This document shows positions 8,208-18,387 of a stretch of DNA of 55,686 nt, one piece after another; position 1 is the first letter of the stretch, and each line of letters starts with the position of its first letter. The translations under genes and the position numbers were made by a program. This DNA is from Candidatus Woesearchaeota archaeon (GTDB lineage Archaea > Nanobdellota > Nanobdellia > Woesearchaeales > ARS49): assembly GCA_016203445.1 (NCBI GenBank), contig JACQMS010000006.1, positions 1 to 55,686 of the forward strand, read 5' to 3'. The notes under the pieces are model-generated. The model saw only the letters and a list, made by a program, of their open reading frames with translations, ran no database searches and had not been told where the DNA came from.

Positions 8208-8639
8208 ATGCATTTTCAGGATGTCGAGCCCAGAAGGCTTATTGAAGCATTGGCTTTGGAATTATCGTCACTAAAAGCTTTGGAACCTCCTAAATGGTCT
8301 GCTTTCGTGAAAACTGGGTCGCACAAGGAAAGGCCTCCACTAAAAGATGATTGGTGGTTTGTCAGAGGAGCCGCGCTTTTGAGGACTATAGCTCTAAAAG
8401 GGCCTGTGGGAATTTCTAAACTATCAGCGAAATATGGTGGTAGGAAAAGGAGAGGTCATGACCCTCCAGTATTCAGAAAGGGTTCAAGACATATACCAAG
8501 AACTATTCTGCAGCAGTTAGAAAAGTCGGGGTTTGTAAAGTCTGAGTTGAAAACTGGAAAGAAAGGGCGTTTAGCAACTCCTAAGGGAATATCATTATTA
8601 GATAAAACTGCTCAAAAATTGTTCAAGGGTGAAAAGTAA
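8208..8639 (+). CDS. rps19e: 30S ribosomal protein S19e
   Basis: PKWSAFVKTGSHKERPP...WWFVRGAA, YGGRKRRG, ILQQLE. Confidence 0.95.
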   Translation: MHFQDVEPRRLIEALALELSSLKALEPPKWSAFVKTGSHKERPPLKDDWWFVRGAALLRTIALKGPVGISKLSAKYGGRKRRGHDPPVFRKGSRHIPRTILQQLEKSGFVKSELKTGKKGRLATPKGISLLDKTAQKLFKGEK

Positions 8640-8812
8640 TGGCTACGGCAAAACACCCTGCGAAAAAGCAAAGGTTAGCAAAAAAAGGTAGGCAGACAAG
8701 ATGGGCTCCATTCTGGGTGATTCCAAAAGTTTTCGGCAAGGGAAGAAGAGTTCATCCTTCAAGAGTTACTGTTGTGAAAAGATCTTGGAGAAGGTCTAGG
8801 ACGAGGGTGTAA
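8639..8812 (+). CDS. rpl39e: 50S ribosomal protein L39e (not in ORF track)
   Basis: MATAKHPAKKQRLAKKGRQTRWAPFWVIPKV...KRSWRRSRTRV, 57 aa, between S19e and L31e. Confidence 0.9.
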   Translation: MATAKHPAKKQRLAKKGRQTRWAPFWVIPKVFGKGRRVHPSRVTVVKRSWRRSRTRV

Positions 8813-8814
8813 AA

Positions 8815-9270
8815 ATGACAGACCTAGAAAGATCTTACGTGATACCGTTAAGAAGTGAATGGTCAAAAGTTCCAAAATATAAGCGTGCGAAAAAGGCGGT
8901 GACAGCTCTAAAACAATTTTTGTCGAGGCATATGAAGTCTGAAGATGTTCGTTTGGGAAACTCTTTGAACTTAGCAGTGTGGAGCAGGGGAATAAAGAAT
9001 CCTCCGCACAAATTGGAGGTAACGGCTGTAAAACTCGAAAAGGAAGGTTATGTTCTCGCGGACTTAAAAGGGGTAAAAATTGTAAGGCCTTCAGAAAATA
9101 AAGAGGAATCAAAAGGTCTGGCAGCGACGGTTAAGGATGCTATTCTGGGAAAAAAAGGTGCTGATGTTGTTGAAGCAGTAGTGGTAAAAAAAGAGAAAAC
9201 TCCTGTTTCAGGCAAAGAGATAGAAAAGGAAAATTCATTAATTAAAAGAAGAGAATCTGCCGCTACCTGA
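8815..9270 (+). CDS. rpl31e: 50S ribosomal protein L31e with C-terminal extension
   Basis: ERSYVIPLR...KRAKKAV...LNLAVWSRGIKNPP. Confidence 0.95.
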   Translation: MTDLERSYVIPLRSEWSKVPKYKRAKKAVTALKQFLSRHMKSEDVRLGNSLNLAVWSRGIKNPPHKLEVTAVKLEKEGYVLADLKGVKIVRPSENKEESKGLAATVKDAILGKKGADVVEAVVVKKEKTPVSGKEIEKENSLIKRRESAAT

Positions 9271-9379
9271 ACTTGAAGAAAGTGCAGGATACTTCAGAAT
9301 AAGATTCAAAAGAGTTAAAGTACCAGAAAGGTGGTCAGAAACTACCCAGAAAACTACCCAGAAAACCTTAGAATTCTAA
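9245..9379 (+). pseudogene. Remnant of an AlbA_2/HATPase_c_4-HTH type gene
   Basis: Startless frame KEENLPLPELEESAGYFRIRFKR...TTQKTTQKTLEF*; ACTACCCAGAAA tandem repeat. Confidence 0.45.
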
Positions 9380-9454
9380 TGTTTCGGTATGTAACCACTT
9401 CAAAATAGTTACATGCCGAAACATTTATAAACTCCAAATTACGGCTGTACTAGA

Positions 9455-9997
9455 ATGGCCAGAGATAAAAATGATAATATTGAATCATACGTTAGAGCAG
9501 TTGAAGTAATAGTCGCAAGAATAGGTCACGAATGGGAAAACGCGTATCTCAACACAGAAAGAAATAACTTTGTAAGAAACGGTAGAAGCATAGATCATTC
9601 TATACTGAAAAGTTCTGAAGGTAGAACTAGAGTAGTAAACGATATGATAAGTTATCTTGAGTCGAGAATAGTAGATTACTTAGGATTCGATTTAGAATCT
9701 GACGAACAAAAAAAGATTGCGTTCAAAGACGTTCTAGGAGTTTCGAGAACAGAATTCAAAATATATTTCGCTCAAAACAAAAACGCACTATCTAAGGGAA
9801 TAATAAGAAAAGTGTGGAGTGATTACAAGAATAAAGCGCTGGCGATAATAACTCAAAAAGCATTAATAGGTAAGGGAATAGCGATAAACAAAAGAACAGG
9901 CAAACCCTTCAAGATAAATGACGTGGAAGAGTTAGATGATGAAGAAGCAACAGTTATAAATGCTGGGCTATCACCGGAAGAATTTGTAGAATTGTGA
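9455..9997 (+). CDS. Hypothetical protein
   Basis: 180-aa ORF with CGAAACATTTATAAA BRE/TATA-like element upstream. Confidence 0.7.
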   Translation: MARDKNDNIESYVRAVEVIVARIGHEWENAYLNTERNNFVRNGRSIDHSILKSSEGRTRVVNDMISYLESRIVDYLGFDLESDEQKKIAFKDVLGVSRTEFKIYFAQNKNALSKGIIRKVWSDYKNKALAIITQKALIGKGIAINKRTGKPFKINDVEELDDEEATVINAGLSPEEFVEL

Positions 9998-10012
9998 GAA
10001 GCTACAATTACG

Positions 10013-10579
10013 CTAAAAATATATTATTATCGCTGATAGAATCAGCGCGGAAAAGTACCACGCTTTGTTCCAATCAAAAACAATCTCTCCATCAAATTTA
10101 GGAAAAGGCAATAAATTAAAAAGAGCCAGCCACTCATTGACAACAACTGATGCGGTAGCAAAACCAGAAATCACTGGAATGAACGAAAGTATTGAGAAAA
10201 AAACTGCAAGAGCTATATTAGCCAAGGGACCCGATAACGCAATTTTTCCAGAACGAGAAGGACTCAAAGCACCCCTGATAACAACACTTCCAGGAACTGC
10301 AAAAACAAGTCCGAAAAAAGAAGAAATAACTGCCAGAATTAAAGTCAGAGGATTACTCCACAAAAAAACCCAGCAATGATGCCACTGGGCAACAAGCTTT
10401 CTAACAATCTCCCTTAATAATAATGCAACAGCCACTGCTAACAGCGCGTAAACAAAAGCTCTGGGAATGCCCAGTGACTGCCTGAAAAGTATAGTAAAAG
10501 CAACACTTAGAGCGATCCAAGACTTTCCAAGTTCAAATAGTTCAAAAGAAGAAAACCTTACAGGACCAATATTGAGCAT
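10013..10579 (-). CDS. Peptidase M50 (site-2 protease-like) membrane protein with degenerate HExxH
   Basis: GKIALSGPLANI and FNLLPFPKFDG motifs; LREIVRK where HExxHK is expected; ATG 10579. Confidence 0.75.
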   Translation of the reverse strand: MLNIGPVRFSSFELFELGKSWIALSVAFTILFRQSLGIPRAFVYALLAVAVALLLREIVRKLVAQWHHCWVFLWSNPLTLILAVISSFFGLVFAVPGSVVIRGALSPSRSGKIALSGPLANIALAVFFSILSFIPVISGFATASVVVNEWLALFNLLPFPKFDGEIVFDWNKAWYFSALILSAIIIYF

Positions 10580-10676
10580 GGAGTGCCAATGCGTTTGAGC
10601 ACTATTTAAAGATAGCGTTTTCACAGGTTCAAACGTCCACAACATTAAAAAAAGGCAGTATAAAAATGTGAATTTA

Positions 10677-11408
10677 ATGGTAAAAATCGCCAAGAACTCA
10701 GAGTTCACAAAAAGCAAAAATGTAGTTCTATTCAAAGATTTATGGATAGTAATACCAGCATATAACGCGCAAAAAACAATAACAAAAGTTATAGAAAATC
10801 TTAACGATTATGGTTACAGAAACATTATAGTAGTTGATGATGGAAGCAATGATTCAACATTCGAATCCGCACAAAATACTGGAGCAGAAGTATTAAGTCA
10901 TATGGCTAACAGGGGCCAGGGAGCCGCGTTGCAAACAGGAATAAGTTACGCGCTAACAAAAAATCCTGCGGCAATAATAACTTTTGACTCTGATGGGCAA
11001 CATGACCCATCGGATATAGAAAAACTTGCACTAAAAGTTTTAAGTGAAGGGTTCGACATATCTCTAGGAAGCAGATTTCTGGGAGTTCAAAGTAACGCGC
11101 CGCTTCATAGGAAGATAGCACTAAAGTGCGGAGCGTTCATGGTATATTTATTTCATGGGCTGTGGTTTTCAGACTGTCACAATGGATTAAGGTGTATGTC
11201 AAGAAACGTTTCAGAACAAATAAATATAACTTCTGATAGGATGGAGCACGCATCAGAAATTGTTGAAATGATAAAACAGAACTATTGGAAATTCACGGAA
11301 GTTCCAGTAACCATCCATTATGATGATGAATCACTGAAGCATGGTCAAAGTACTTTTTCAGCATTCAGAATACTTGCAAGAATGGTTTGGAGAAAGGTGA
11401 TAAAGTAA
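10677..11408 (+). CDS. GT2 glycosyltransferase, DPM1-like
   Basis: IVIPAYN, VDDGS, NRGQGAAL, FDSDGQH, GSRF. Confidence 0.9.
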   Translation: MVKIAKNSEFTKSKNVVLFKDLWIVIPAYNAQKTITKVIENLNDYGYRNIIVVDDGSNDSTFESAQNTGAEVLSHMANRGQGAALQTGISYALTKNPAAIITFDSDGQHDPSDIEKLALKVLSEGFDISLGSRFLGVQSNAPLHRKIALKCGAFMVYLFHGLWFSDCHNGLRCMSRNVSEQINITSDRMEHASEIVEMIKQNYWKFTEVPVTIHYDDESLKHGQSTFSAFRILARMVWRKVIK

Positions 11409-11734
11409 TGGCGCAATTTTTTGAAACCATAATACTAATATTTGGACTTTTTGCGTGGAGTAGAAGTTTTTTAAGATACCGGTCGAGAGATATCAATTTT
11501 GGAGAGTTCACTTTATGGACAATAATATGGGGGGGATTAATATTAATAGTGCTGGCGTCAACACCAGTTTACAGATTTGGAAAACTTTTTGGAACGGGCA
11601 GGCCCATAGACGTAATAGTTTACTCAAGCATAATACTTTTGTTCTACCTACTATTCAGAGTTTTCGTTAAATTAGAAACTGTGGAAAAAAATATGACAAA
11701 AATAACTAGAGAAATTGCATTAAAAAAGAAGTAA
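11408..11734 (+). CDS. DUF2304-family membrane protein
   Basis: Three TM segments, GTGRPID, TKITREIAL; coupled to the GT2 gene. Confidence 0.8.
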   Translation: MAQFFETIILIFGLFAWSRSFLRYRSRDINFGEFTLWTIIWGGLILIVLASTPVYRFGKLFGTGRPIDVIVYSSIILLFYLLFRVFVKLETVEKNMTKITREIALKKK

Positions 11735-11745
11735 GAAATTATTAT

Positions 11746-12825
11746 CTACCCAAACCATCCTTTCTTCCTGCTTGCAGAATCAAAATCCCTCAATAATTCT
11801 TCCTGCTTCTTGTTGACCTTTTTAGGAATTTCAACAGACAGTTTAACTAACAAATCACCAACACCGCCTCTAATGGAAGGCATTCCTGCACCCCTAAGCT
11901 TTAATATAGTTCCTGGCTGAGTTCCCTGAGGAATCTTCAAAGTTTTAGTGCCATCAAGTGTTGGAACATCAAGCTCTCCTCCAAGAATCGCGGTAGTAAA
12001 ACTAATACTTCTCTCAATAACTAAATCATCATTATGCCTCTCAAAAGTACTGTGCTCTTGAACAGTTATCTGAACGTACAAGTCGCCGGGATCCCCGCCT
12101 CTGTCACCAGACTCTCCAGCTCCCTCAACCCTCAACCTTAGCCCGGTATACGCACCTGAAGGAATTTTTATCTCGACAACATTATCCTTTCTGCTCTTAC
12201 CATCGCCCTTGCAAGACCTGCAAGTACTCTTAGGTTTTTGTCCATGACCTTGACAAGTTCCACAAGTGGTCTGCATTTGAAAAACACCAAATGGGGTTCT
12301 CTGAGATCGTATATTTCTGCCGCTTCCATCACAAGACGGGCAAGTCATAAACTCCCCGCCGTCAGCGCCAGTACCATTGCAGTCCTCGCATGCGCCAACA
12401 CCCTTTAGATGAATTTTTTTAGAGGTTCCAGTGGCTGCATCTTCAAGAGTTATAGATTCCTCATACAATAAATCTCTGCCTCTAGAACGCCTATTCCTGC
12501 CCCTGCTACCACCGCCAAAACCAGAAAAAAAGTTGTCAAAAATATCATCAAAATCAAAACCTTGACTAAACTCTCTGAAATCAAAACCGCTGAAGTTCTG
12601 ATCAAGGCCGGGATCTGCAGTACCATACTCATCATACCTTTTTCTTTTATCAGTATTGCCAAGAACTGCCGCTGCCTCGTTAACATCCTTAAATTTTTCT
12701 CCAGCATCAGATTCTTTGCTAACATCAGGATGATACTTTTTAGCCAAATTTTTGTAAGCCTTTTTTATATCGTCAGCAGATGCATCCTTTGATACGCCAA
12801 GAATTTTATAGTAATCTTTAGCCAT
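11746..12825 (-). CDS. dnaJ: Chaperone DnaJ
   Basis: J domain with HPD, G/F region, four CxxCxGxG repeats. Confidence 0.97.
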   Translation of the reverse strand: MAKDYYKILGVSKDASADDIKKAYKNLAKKYHPDVSKESDAGEKFKDVNEAAAVLGNTDKRKRYDEYGTADPGLDQNFSGFDFREFSQGFDFDDIFDNFFSGFGGGSRGRNRRSRGRDLLYEESITLEDAATGTSKKIHLKGVGACEDCNGTGADGGEFMTCPSCDGSGRNIRSQRTPFGVFQMQTTCGTCQGHGQKPKSTCRSCKGDGKSRKDNVVEIKIPSGAYTGLRLRVEGAGESGDRGGDPGDLYVQITVQEHSTFERHNDDLVIERSISFTTAILGGELDVPTLDGTKTLKIPQGTQPGTILKLRGAGMPSIRGGVGDLLVKLSVEIPKKVNKKQEELLRDFDSASRKKGWFG

Positions 12826-12836
12826 AAAATTATCAC

Positions 12837-13004
12837 TCACTCGTCAAATCTTCCTTTGACTTTAAATTGTTCACCATTGAGAACTGTATTGATGTCAGAA
12901 TTGTAAGATTTTTTAACGCCCTGCTTTAACGTCCACATTCTGAGATACCTGCTAGCAAGATAGTACAAAAGTACAACAAACACCGCCAACGCAACTTTGT
13001 TCAT
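12837..13004 (-). CDS. Small membrane-anchored protein (55 aa, not in ORF track)
   Basis: MNKVALAVFVVLLYYLASRYLRMW...KVKGRFDE; AGGAG upstream; fills the dnaK-dnaJ gap. Confidence 0.6.
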   Translation of the reverse strand: MNKVALAVFVVLLYYLASRYLRMWTLKQGVKKSYNSDINTVLNGEQFKVKGRFDE

Positions 13005-13019
13005 GCGGGGCTGCTCCTG

Positions 13020-14930
13020 CTACTCCTTTTTTTTCTTGCCATGATTCTTATTTTTCACAACTTCTGCATCAACAACATCCTCATCATTTAAGTCACTTTC
13101 GGTTTTACCTGCACTGCCAGCACCAGCATTACTACCGTCGCCTGCTTCACTTTTATTTTTAGACTGTTGTTCGGCTGAAGCTTTTTGGTACAACTCTACA
13201 GCAAGCTCTTGAGAGACCTTTGTTAGTTCATCAGTGGAACTTTTTATTTTCTCCAAATTTTTATTCTTCTCACTTAAGAGTTTTTTTAGCCCCTCAAGCT
13301 TGTTCTTAACATTTTTTATTTTATCATCGGAAACTTTGCCCTCAAACTCTTTTAGAGATTTTTCGGTAGTGTACACTAGAGAGTCAGCAGTATTCACAAC
13401 TTCAACATCTTGCTTTCTTTTCTCATCATCTTTAGCATTAGCTTCTGCCTCCTTTCTCATGCGCTCAACTTCTTTCTCATCAAGCTTATGAGGCGAAGTT
13501 ATCTGTAAACTTTGCTGTTTTCCAGTTCCCAAGTCTTTAGCTGAAACGTTTAAAATTCCGTTGGCATCAATATCAAAAGAGACTTCTATTTGAGGAATGC
13601 CTCTTGGAGCCGAAGGGATACCAACAAGGTCAAACTGTCCCAAAAGCTTGTTATCAGAAGCCATAGCCCTCTCGCCTTGAAAAACCCTTATAGTAACGGC
13701 CGGCTGGTTGTCAGCAGCAGTGCTGAAAACTTGCTTTTTCTGTACAGGAATTGTAGTGTTTCTTTCAATAAGCTTTGTGAAAACGCCTCCGAGAGTTTCA
13801 ATGCCCAAACTCAAAGGAGTAACGTCCAGCAATAGGACGTCTTTCACGTCACCAGCAAGAACTCCTGCTTGAACGGCCGCTCCAGCAGCTACACACTCCA
13901 TAGGGTCAACGCCCCTCTCAACCTTCTTACCGACCCAAGACTCAAGATTTTTTTGAACAACTGGCATCCTTGTAGGGCCGCCAACAAGAATAACCTTGTC
14001 AATATCTGAAACTTTAAGGCTCGCATCCTTCAAAGCTTGATCAACACTCTTCTTGCATCTCTTAACAAGATCATCAACAAGCTCCTCAAGCTTCGCCCTA
14101 GACAATTTCATAGACAAGTGCTGGGGACCCTTGTTAGTAGCAGTTATATAAGGAAGGTTAATATCAGTCTCTAAAGTTGTAGAAAGCTCAATCTTGGCTT
14201 TTTCAGCGGCCTCCCTAACTCTCTGCATAGCAACATTATCATCATTCAAATCCATGCCTGTCTGATCCTTGAAGTGTTTAATTATGTGATTAATAACTAC
14301 ACTATCCATATCAGTACCACCAAGCTGAGTATCGCCAGAAGTGCTCTTAACTTCGAAAACACCGTCGCCAAACTCCATAATAGTAACATCCAAAGTTCCG
14401 CCGCCAAAATCAAAAACCAATATTTTTTGCTCCTTACCGTCCTTATCTAAACCGTAAGCAAGAGCGGCTGCTGTGGGCTCATTGATTATTCTAATAACTT
14501 CCAAACCTGCAATAGTTCCCGCATCCTTTGTGGCTTGTCTTTGATCATCATCAAAATACGCAGGAACGGTTATAACAGCCTTGTCAACTTTAGTTCCCAG
14601 GAACGCTTCAGAGTCCCTCTTAATTTTTTGAAGAATGAACGCGCTAATCTGTTGAGGAGTGTATTCCTTACCGTGAATATTATACTTAAAATTAGTTCCC
14701 ATCTTTCTCTTAGCAGCCATTACGGTGCCTGCAGGATTTGTTACTGCCTGCCTTCTAGCAGGTTCGCCAACAAGAACAGTTCCATCATTAAGAAAGCTGA
14801 CAACTGAAGGGAAAGCTTTGCCATAAAGTGATGCTCCTTCAGCGCTAGGAATAATTTTAGGCCTTCCACCTTCCAAAACTGAAGCCGCGCTGTTCGATGT
14901 TCCAAGATCAATACCTATAATTTTTGTCAT
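13020..14930 (-). CDS. dnaK: Chaperone DnaK
   Basis: [25 protein letters not shown] and other Hsp70 signatures. Confidence 0.99.
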   Translation of the reverse strand: MTKIIGIDLGTSNSAASVLEGGRPKIIPSAEGASLYGKAFPSVVSFLNDGTVLVGEPARRQAVTNPAGTVMAAKRKMGTNFKYNIHGKEYTPQQISAFILQKIKRDSEAFLGTKVDKAVITVPAYFDDDQRQATKDAGTIAGLEVIRIINEPTAAALAYGLDKDGKEQKILVFDFGGGTLDVTIMEFGDGVFEVKSTSGDTQLGGTDMDSVVINHIIKHFKDQTGMDLNDDNVAMQRVREAAEKAKIELSTTLETDINLPYITATNKGPQHLSMKLSRAKLEELVDDLVKRCKKSVDQALKDASLKVSDIDKVILVGGPTRMPVVQKNLESWVGKKVERGVDPMECVAAGAAVQAGVLAGDVKDVLLLDVTPLSLGIETLGGVFTKLIERNTTIPVQKKQVFSTAADNQPAVTIRVFQGERAMASDNKLLGQFDLVGIPSAPRGIPQIEVSFDIDANGILNVSAKDLGTGKQQSLQITSPHKLDEKEVERMRKEAEANAKDDEKRKQDVEVVNTADSLVYTTEKSLKEFEGKVSDDKIKNVKNKLEGLKKLLSEKNKNLEKIKSSTDELTKVSQELAVELYQKASAEQQSKNKSEAGDGSNAGAGSAGKTESDLNDEDVVDAEVVKNKNHGKKKKE

Positions 14931-14931
14931 T

Positions 14932-15531
14932 TTATTTACCTCCTACCAAATTTTGTTCTATTTTTTGTTTTGATTTTGATATAACGACCCTTGCATGTCT
15001 TACAACCTTGTTTTTCAACTTGTAGCCTGCTTGAAGCTCCTCAATAACTGTATTATCAGAATTTTTTGATTCTTTAGTAAGCAAAGCTTCATGTTCATCA
15101 ACATTGAATTCTTTGTTCAAAACTTCAAGTCTTTGCAAACCTTCAGACTCCAAAACTTTTCTTAACTGGTCAAAAATCATTCTAACACCTTTTGCGTGTG
15201 AATCGTCACCAATATTTTTTAATGCCTGCTCAAAACTGTCAAGAACGCTTAAAAGTTTCAGAACTAGCTTTTCTGAAGCATACAACGCGTATTCCTGCCT
15301 TTCATTCTCAACTCTTTTTGAATAGTTTTCGAATTCTGCTTGCAATCTTTTCAAAGTGTTAGTGTACTCTTCAAGAGTTTTAGTCTTAGACTCCAACTCT
15401 TTCTTAATATCAAGCAAAGTTTTTTCTGAAAATTTTTCGGTATTTTCAACGTCCGCAGCTATATGCTGGGCCACTTTTTCCGCGCCCTTCATTATGCGTT
15501 CTTCAACGGATGAAACATTGTTTTTAGTCAT
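14932..15531 (-). CDS. grpE: Nucleotide exchange factor GrpE
   Basis: [36 protein letters not shown]. Confidence 0.95.
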   Translation of the reverse strand: MTKNNVSSVEERIMKGAEKVAQHIAADVENTEKFSEKTLLDIKKELESKTKTLEEYTNTLKRLQAEFENYSKRVENERQEYALYASEKLVLKLLSVLDSFEQALKNIGDDSHAKGVRMIFDQLRKVLESEGLQRLEVLNKEFNVDEHEALLTKESKNSDNTVIEELQAGYKLKNKVVRHARVVISKSKQKIEQNLVGGK

Positions 15532-15694
15532 AATTCAACATGGTAGAAAGCAAAAGTATATAAATCTGTCGATTTTAGGTCAACGTAAAAGTGATTTAAT
15601 GCTGTTATGAAGCAAGGAGTTATGAAAAAAAACGCTACTAATAACACCATTTTTATATACGTTCAATTTACAAAAACTTTTTCGAGGTGAAGCA

Positions 15695-15892
15695 ATGAAA
15701 AAAATAGTTTTGATCAGTGTGATGCTTTTAGTTGTAGTAGTAATACTTGCTGGGTGCGGTTCAAAAACTAACGCTATCCAAGGCTCTCAAGCAACTGCAG
15801 AAAGTTCAACAACGCCGCAAAAAGTTGTTCAAAACAAAACAACACCAGAAATACCAGAGCCTACAACTATTAGTATAATTGTAGAAGAGTGA
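15695..15892 (+). CDS. Small putative lipoprotein
   Basis: GAGGTG SD; MKK-hydrophobic-LAGC lipobox; T/P-rich tail. Confidence 0.6.
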   Translation: MKKIVLISVMLLVVVVILAGCGSKTNAIQGSQATAESSTTPQKVVQNKTTPEIPEPTTISIIVEE

Positions 15893-15975
15893 ACGTAACA
15901 ATTGTGATGACGTAATCGAATGTATATGTCTTGAGACAACACATTTTATAAATATTCATATTTTTCGTAATATCT

Positions 15976-16677
15976 ATGTTTCAGGAAAAGGATTATGATT
16001 GGCGCGAACACGACCCATATGCACTTGCAAAGTTTGAAGTGGTTAAATCATGGCTTCCAAAAATTCCTCGTTCTATTCTTGATGTTGGGTGTGGCAGTGG
16101 AGATTTTTCTGTTGCCCTTGCGCGTGATGGTTTTCATGTTATTGCTCTTGACCCTAATGCAAAGGCTTGCTCTATGGTCCGCGCAAAGGCGGAAAGTTTT
16201 GGTTTGAAAAACATTATGGTTATTCAGAAAGATTTTTACGATTTTTCTTCGAGAGAAAAATTTGATATTGTTCTTTCTCTGGACGTTTTAGAGCATGTTT
16301 CTGATGAAGAGAAGTTTATTCTTCATGTAAAAAAGTTATTGCACGAAAATGGTTCTTGGATTCTTTCAGTTCCAGCATTACAATTTTTGTACGGGAATTT
16401 TGATGTTCTTCTTGGCCATCGCGAGAGGTATGATAAGAGCAAGATTCGTCGTGGTGTTGGGAAGTATTTCAGTATTGCAAGACTGAGGTATTTTGGTTTT
16501 TTTTTCATCCCTCTTGCTCTTTTGTATAGTAAGGTGTTGAAAACTTCGTATCCTGTGCAGAAGGGTTCTAGTGGTTTTCTTGGCGCGATTATGAGAATTT
16601 TGTGCAGGATCGAGAGAACTGTTCCTGCACCTCTTGGTACTTCTCTTCTTGCAAAAGTTAAACACAAAAAATCATAA
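15976..16677 (+). CDS. Class I SAM-dependent methyltransferase
   Basis: ILDVGCGSG, DVLEH, SVPA...GHRERY. Confidence 0.88.
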   Translation: MFQEKDYDWREHDPYALAKFEVVKSWLPKIPRSILDVGCGSGDFSVALARDGFHVIALDPNAKACSMVRAKAESFGLKNIMVIQKDFYDFSSREKFDIVLSLDVLEHVSDEEKFILHVKKLLHENGSWILSVPALQFLYGNFDVLLGHRERYDKSKIRRGVGKYFSIARLRYFGFFFIPLALLYSKVLKTSYPVQKGSSGFLGAIMRILCRIERTVPAPLGTSLLAKVKHKKS

Positions 16678-16986
16678 AAATCCGCAAATCAGACGCTTTC
16701 TGATTTGCGGATGTCAAGAAGCACTAGTCAAAGACCAGCGGTATGTTGCTTAACGCAATAGCGCACAGTGGTTCTTGATCATGCTCAGAAACTGCTCTTC
16801 AAATTTAAATGTCAAAAAAAGAGCAGTTTCCGACATGCAAAAAACGGCGCCGCATGTCAAGAACTACGGTTCTTGATCATGATCAGAAACCGCTTTCTCA
16901 CTTCAAACTTAAGCGAGAATGTTATGAATAGCGGTTTCTGACATCTCCAAACTAAAGTATTGAGTTTTGGCGCCGTTTTTCCGCAT
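16672..16986. mobile_element. Composite nested palindromic element: host element with two double-hairpin units (16711-16836, 16854-16944)
   Basis: Units ATGTCAAGAA...GTTCTTGATCATG(C/A)TCAGAAAC...GTTTC(C/T)GACAT; the outer parts match 45721-45808 in reverse complement. Confidence 0.75.
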
Positions 16987-16991
16987 AATAA

Positions 16992-17699
16992 TTATACTTT
17001 TTCTTGTTGCATTCTTAATTTTTCATATGCACCTATAAATTCTCTTTGTGTTTCAATACTTCTTGGATGGTGTAATGTTTTTTTTAGCACATCTGGTGTA
17101 ACCGTTAGTATGTCCGCGCCTGTTCTTCTCGCGTATGTTACATCCAGTACTTGTCTCAGACTTCCCACAATTATTTGGGTTTTTGTTCCTGATTGTTTGA
17201 ATTGTTCAACGATTTCCTGCACCACTGTAACAGGGTCATATCCCTGATCTGCAACTCTGCCCCAGAATATGCTTGCGTATGTTGCGCCTGCTTGTGACGC
17301 CCCGTACATTTGTCCGGGTGTCATACAGCAAGTTACATTTGTTGGTATTCCTTCTTCTGAAAGCAGTGAGACGATATCAAGATTTGTTCTTCCTGTTGTG
17401 CTTTGTATCGGTACTTTTATGACAACAGGATTTTTTATTCTCTCAATACCATCGCCCCATCCTCTATACTTTTTTGCTTCTTCAATCATTTGTTCAGGAT
17501 CTTCGCTCGTCAGTTCTACACTTACATGCCAAGGAATTACTCTTGCAATATTTTGTATAATTTCTGGCGAGTATTGTACACCTTCCTTTGCCATTATGAG
17601 CGGATTTGTTGTGCATCCTCTGACGAGGGGTCGCACATCTTTCAGTTCCTTCAGATTTGCAGTGTCTGCATAGTAAACTGTCATATTATTTTCCTCCAT
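16992..17699 (-). CDS. tal: Transaldolase (TalC/FSA fold)
   Basis: ADTA, TTNP, IKVP, NVT; SVEL (Glu) and SIFWGR (Phe) favour transaldolase over FSA. Confidence 0.88.
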   Translation of the reverse strand: MEENNMTVYYADTANLKELKDVRPLVRGCTTNPLIMAKEGVQYSPEIIQNIARVIPWHVSVELTSEDPEQMIEEAKKYRGWGDGIERIKNPVVIKVPIQSTTGRTNLDIVSLLSEEGIPTNVTCCMTPGQMYGASQAGATYASIFWGRVADQGYDPVTVVQEIVEQFKQSGTKTQIIVGSLRQVLDVTYARRTGADILTVTPDVLKKTLHHPRSIETQREFIGAYEKLRMQQEKV

Positions 17700-17733
17700 T
17701 TATTTTTTTCTACTCTCTTCATTTTTCCTTATT

Positions 17734-18369
17734 TTATTGACGTAATGATATTCCCTGCTCTTTTGCTTTTGTGTGCTCAGCTATCTTTTCTATTATTCCA
17801 AAAACGATGCTGTGAAAAAGTACTGCGTGGAGTCCTTCAACGTGCGGTGTTGATTTTATTGGCACTACTATTGGTATATCTGCAAGTGTTGCGAGTGGAC
17901 CTCCATCAAATCCTGAGAATGCTATTGTAGTTCCGCCATTATCTTTTGCGTATTGTACTGCTTTCAGAAGATTTTGTGACCACGCTCCTGCTTTTTCACT
18001 GCCCGATCCTCCATGAACACTGAATGCTACAACTATATCTCCAGCTTGAAAATACGTTTTTAATTGCCCCGTGTAGAGTTCTCCCCATCCTTGATCATTC
18101 ACCCACGCGCTAACTAGAGGTATATTATCTGAAAGAGGCAATGCACGTATTCCTTTGTTTTCTCCTACAAGTATTGTTTTTGAGAGGTCCGCTGCAAAAT
18201 GTGTAGCATTTGATGCACTGCCTCCATTGCCTATAACAAATACTTGCTTGTTATCTTTCCAAGCTTGAAAAAGCACATCGCTTGCGCGAACAATTTTTTC
18301 CTGGTCAACGGTTGCAAGTGCTGAATGAGCGTTCGCCATGAATTGCTGGATATATTGTTGTGATGTCAT
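17734..18369 (-). CDS. gmhA: Phosphoheptose isomerase (SIS domain)
   Basis: GNGGSASNATHFAADL, ND, GFDGG, PHVEGLH. Confidence 0.85.
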   Translation of the reverse strand: MTSQQYIQQFMANAHSALATVDQEKIVRASDVLFQAWKDNKQVFVIGNGGSASNATHFAADLSKTILVGENKGIRALPLSDNIPLVSAWVNDQGWGELYTGQLKTYFQAGDIVVAFSVHGGSGSEKAGAWSQNLLKAVQYAKDNGGTTIAFSGFDGGPLATLADIPIVVPIKSTPHVEGLHAVLFHSIVFGIIEKIAEHTKAKEQGISLRQ

Positions 18370-18387
18370 TTTTTGTCCTTTTATTTT

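Noticed and set aside
13234-15610. Plus-strand ORFs opposite dnaK/grpE, and similar antisense ORFs throughout the window
   Set aside because: Shadows of well-supported genes on the other strand
16672-16986. Repeat cluster as a CRISPR array or integron attC sites
   Set aside because: No constant repeat-spacer period, copies are dispersed, no GTTRRRY/RYYYAAC ends and no integrase
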